From assembly GCA_965279525.1 (NCBI GenBank), contig CBDIIB010000005.1, forward strand, positions 1,376,001 to 1,440,000: DNA of 64,000 nt. The letters are read 5' to 3'. The DNA comes from Tagaea sp. (GTDB taxonomy: Bacteria > Pseudomonadota > Alphaproteobacteria > CACIAM-22H2). The translations under genes and the position numbers were made by a program. A model generated the notes under the pieces. The model was not told the DNA's origin. It did not search any database and was given only the letters and a program-made list of their open reading frames with translations. Shown in pieces: positions 61,775 through 64,000 of the stretch. Every line of letters begins with the position of its first letter. Position 1 is the stretch's first letter.

Positions 61775-63073
61775 ATGCCCAGTCTCGAGATTGCCGGCCT
61801 TCTCATCGTCCTGATGTTCGTCATCCTCGGCTCCGGCGTGTGGATAGGTCTCGCCCTGCTGGGCACGGGCTGGCTGGCGATGGAGCTTTTCACGGGCCGC
61901 CCGGTCGGCACGTCGATGGTGACCACGATCTGGGGGACCGCCTCGTCGTGGACATTGACGGCCCTGCCGATGTTCATCTGGATGGGCGAGATCCTGTTCC
62001 GCACGCGCCTGTCGCAGGACATGTTCCGCGGCCTCGCCCCGTGGATGCAGGCGCTGCCCGGCCGCCTGCTGCACACCAACGTCATCGGCTGCACGATCTT
62101 TGCCGCGATCTCCGGTTCGTCGGCGGCGACCTGCGCCACCATCGGCAAGATGTCGATTCCGGAGCTGCGCCGGCGCGGTTATCCCGAGAGCATGATCGTG
62201 GGCACGCTGGCGGGATCGGGCACGCTCGGCCTGCTGATCCCGCCCTCGCTGATCATGATCGTCTACGGCGTGCAGACCAACGTGTCGATCGCCCAGCTTT
62301 TCATCGCCGGGATCGTGCCGGGACTGGCGCTTGCCGGCCTGTTCATGGCCTGGGTCGTCGTCTGGTCGCTGTTCAATGCCGAAAAGATACCGCCGGCCGA
62401 CCTGCGCATGACGTTTCTCCAGAAGGTCTATGCCGCCCGCTACCTGCTGCCGTCGGTCAGCCTGATCGTGATCGTGCTCGGCTCGATCTATGCCGGCCTC
62501 GCGACCGCCACCGAAGCGGCGGCGGTGGGCGTCGCCGGCGCGCTGCTGGTCTCGACGCTCCAGGGCGACATGAACCTGAAGGTCTTCAAGGAAAGCCTGA
62601 TGGGCGCCACCCGGCTTTCCTGCATGATCGCCTTCATCCTCGCCGGCGCCTCGTTCCTGACGCTGGCGATGGGGTTCACGGGTCTGCCGCGGGCGCTGGC
62701 CGAATGGATCGACGCGCTCGATCTGGGGCCGGGGATGCTCATCGTCATCCTGACGGTGTTCTATGCGATCCTCGGCTGCTTTCTCGACGGGATCTCGATG
62801 GTCGTGCTGACCATGGCGGTCGTCATGCCGACGATCGAGCGGGCCGGCTTCGACCTGGTCTGGTTCGGCATCTTCATCGTCATCGTCGTCGAAATGGCCC
62901 AGATCACCCCGCCGGTCGGCTTCAACCTGTTCGTCCTGCAGGGCATGACCGGACACCAGATCACCTATATCGGCTGGGTCGCCTTCCCGTTCTTCCTGCT
63001 GATGTGCCTGATGGTCGCCCTGTTGTTCTTCGTGCCCGATCTGGCGCTCTGGCTGCCCAAAAAGATGATGTGA
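61775..63073 (+). CDS. dctM: TRAP large permease
   Basis: SGSS.A, LIPPS, T.TEAA and ITPPVG. Confidence 0.92.
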   Translation: MPSLEIAGLLIVLMFVILGSGVWIGLALLGTGWLAMELFTGRPVGTSMVTTIWGTASSWTLTALPMFIWMGEILFRTRLSQDMFRGLAPWMQALPGRLLHTNVIGCTIFAAISGSSAATCATIGKMSIPELRRRGYPESMIVGTLAGSGTLGLLIPPSLIMIVYGVQTNVSIAQLFIAGIVPGLALAGLFMAWVVVWSLFNAEKIPPADLRMTFLQKVYAARYLLPSVSLIVIVLGSIYAGLATATEAAAVGVAGALLVSTLQGDMNLKVFKESLMGATRLSCMIAFILAGASFLTLAMGFTGLPRALAEWIDALDLGPGMLIVILTVFYAILGCFLDGISMVVLTMAVVMPTIERAGFDLVWFGIFIVIVVEMAQITPPVGFNLFVLQGMTGHQITYIGWVAFPFFLLMCLMVALLFFVPDLALWLPKKMM

Positions 63074-63167
63074 AGCGCCTGCCGGGCAGCCGCCATGCCG
63101 ATTCGGCGGATGACGTTCGCGCGTTCCCGCGTTAGAACCGGAGGGTCCTCCGTTTTAGGCGTGCGCA

Positions 63168-64000
63168 ATGGCGCGACTGGGTCGACGACAGGTGCTGGCC
63201 GGGTTGGGAAGTGCTGCGGCACTGGCGGGATACCTGCGTCCGGCCGCCGCCCAGGACGCCAATTTCTTCCGGATCGCCTCCGGCCCCACCGAATCGAGCA
63301 TGTTCCAGGTCGCCTCGCTGATCGGCCAGGCCGTCAGCTCGCCCCCCGGTTCGCGGGACTGCGCGCGCGGCGGCCCCTGCGGCGTGCCCGGGCTGATCGT
63401 CGTCAACCAGACGACGGCAGGCTCGCTCGCCAATATCGATCTGGTCGCCAACGGACGCATCGATTCGGCTCTCTGCCAGGCGGATCTCGCCTATTGGGCG
63501 TTCCACGGCTCGGGGCCATGGGCACGGCGCGATGCGGTGAAGAACCTGCGCGCGATCGCCAATCTCTATCCCGAGACCCTGCATCTGGTGGTCCGGCGCG
63601 CGGCCGGCATTGCCGACGTGAAGGCCCTTCGCGGCAAGGCCGTGGCGCTGGGCGAACGGGAATCGGGCACGGCGATCGCCGCCCGCGCGGTGCTGCAGGC
63701 GGCGGGGCTTGGCGAGCGGGACGTGCGCGCGCAGTACGTGACGGCCGCCCAGGCGGTCGAGGCGATGGCGGAGAACAAGCTCGACGCCTTCTTCCTGACC
63801 GCCGGCGTGCCTTCGCAGTTCATCGCCGACCTTGCCGAGCAGTTCGAGATCGCGATCCTGCCGCTCAACGCCCATGCCGCGCGCCTTCGCGCCACGCAGC
63901 CCTTCCTGACCGAATCGGTCATCCCGGCCGGGAGCTATCGCGGCGTGCCGGTGGTGCTGTCGCTGTCGATCGGCATCGTCTGGATCGTGGGCGAGTCGGC
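63168..64000 (+). CDS. TAXI-family TRAP solute-binding protein, 3' truncated (absent from the ORF track)
   Basis: Manual translation MARLGRRQVLAG...FFRIASGPT...SSPPGSRDCARGGPCGVPGL...GSLANI...LYPETLHLV; open to the window end. Confidence 0.85.
   Translation, partial: MARLGRRQVLAGLGSAAALAGYLRPAAAQDANFFRIASGPTESSMFQVASLIGQAVSSPPGSRDCARGGPCGVPGLIVVNQTTAGSLANIDLVANGRIDSALCQADLAYWAFHGSGPWARRDAVKNLRAIANLYPETLHLVVRRAAGIADVKALRGKAVALGERESGTAIAARAVLQAAGLGERDVRAQYVTAAQAVEAMAENKLDAFFLTAGVPSQFIADLAEQFEIAILPLNAHAARLRATQPFLTESVIPAGSYRGVPVVLSLSIGIVWIVGES

Overview
GC-rich alphaproteobacterial chromosome segment, probably Rhodospirillales-like (inferred from gene content and the rplU-rpmA-obgE-proB-proA-nadD-rsfS-rlmH order). 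In order: the 3' 8 kb of a giant repetitive filamentous-haemagglutinin-like gene; a small catabolic operon (nitrilase, KdgK-like kinase, SDR, cupin); a four-gene exported module (TPR-CHAT lipoprotein, caspase, unknown secreted protein, CHASE2 adenylate cyclase); a SAM-II riboswitch plus a Cys-ending leader ORF ahead of a small protein and an ATP-grasp ligase; a peptide ABC operon; an MCP with an exported rhodanese beside tRNA-Ser(CGA); core housekeeping genes; a ~17 kb nucleotide-sugar cluster with no glycosyltransferase; and HMG-CoA lyase, CoA-transferase and TRAP genes. I saw no CRISPR array, integrase or transposase. The best candidates for undescribed systems are the periplasmic protease-to-cAMP relay and the SAM-II/leader-peptide controlled ATP-grasp unit. 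All calls come from reading motifs by eye; no searches were run.
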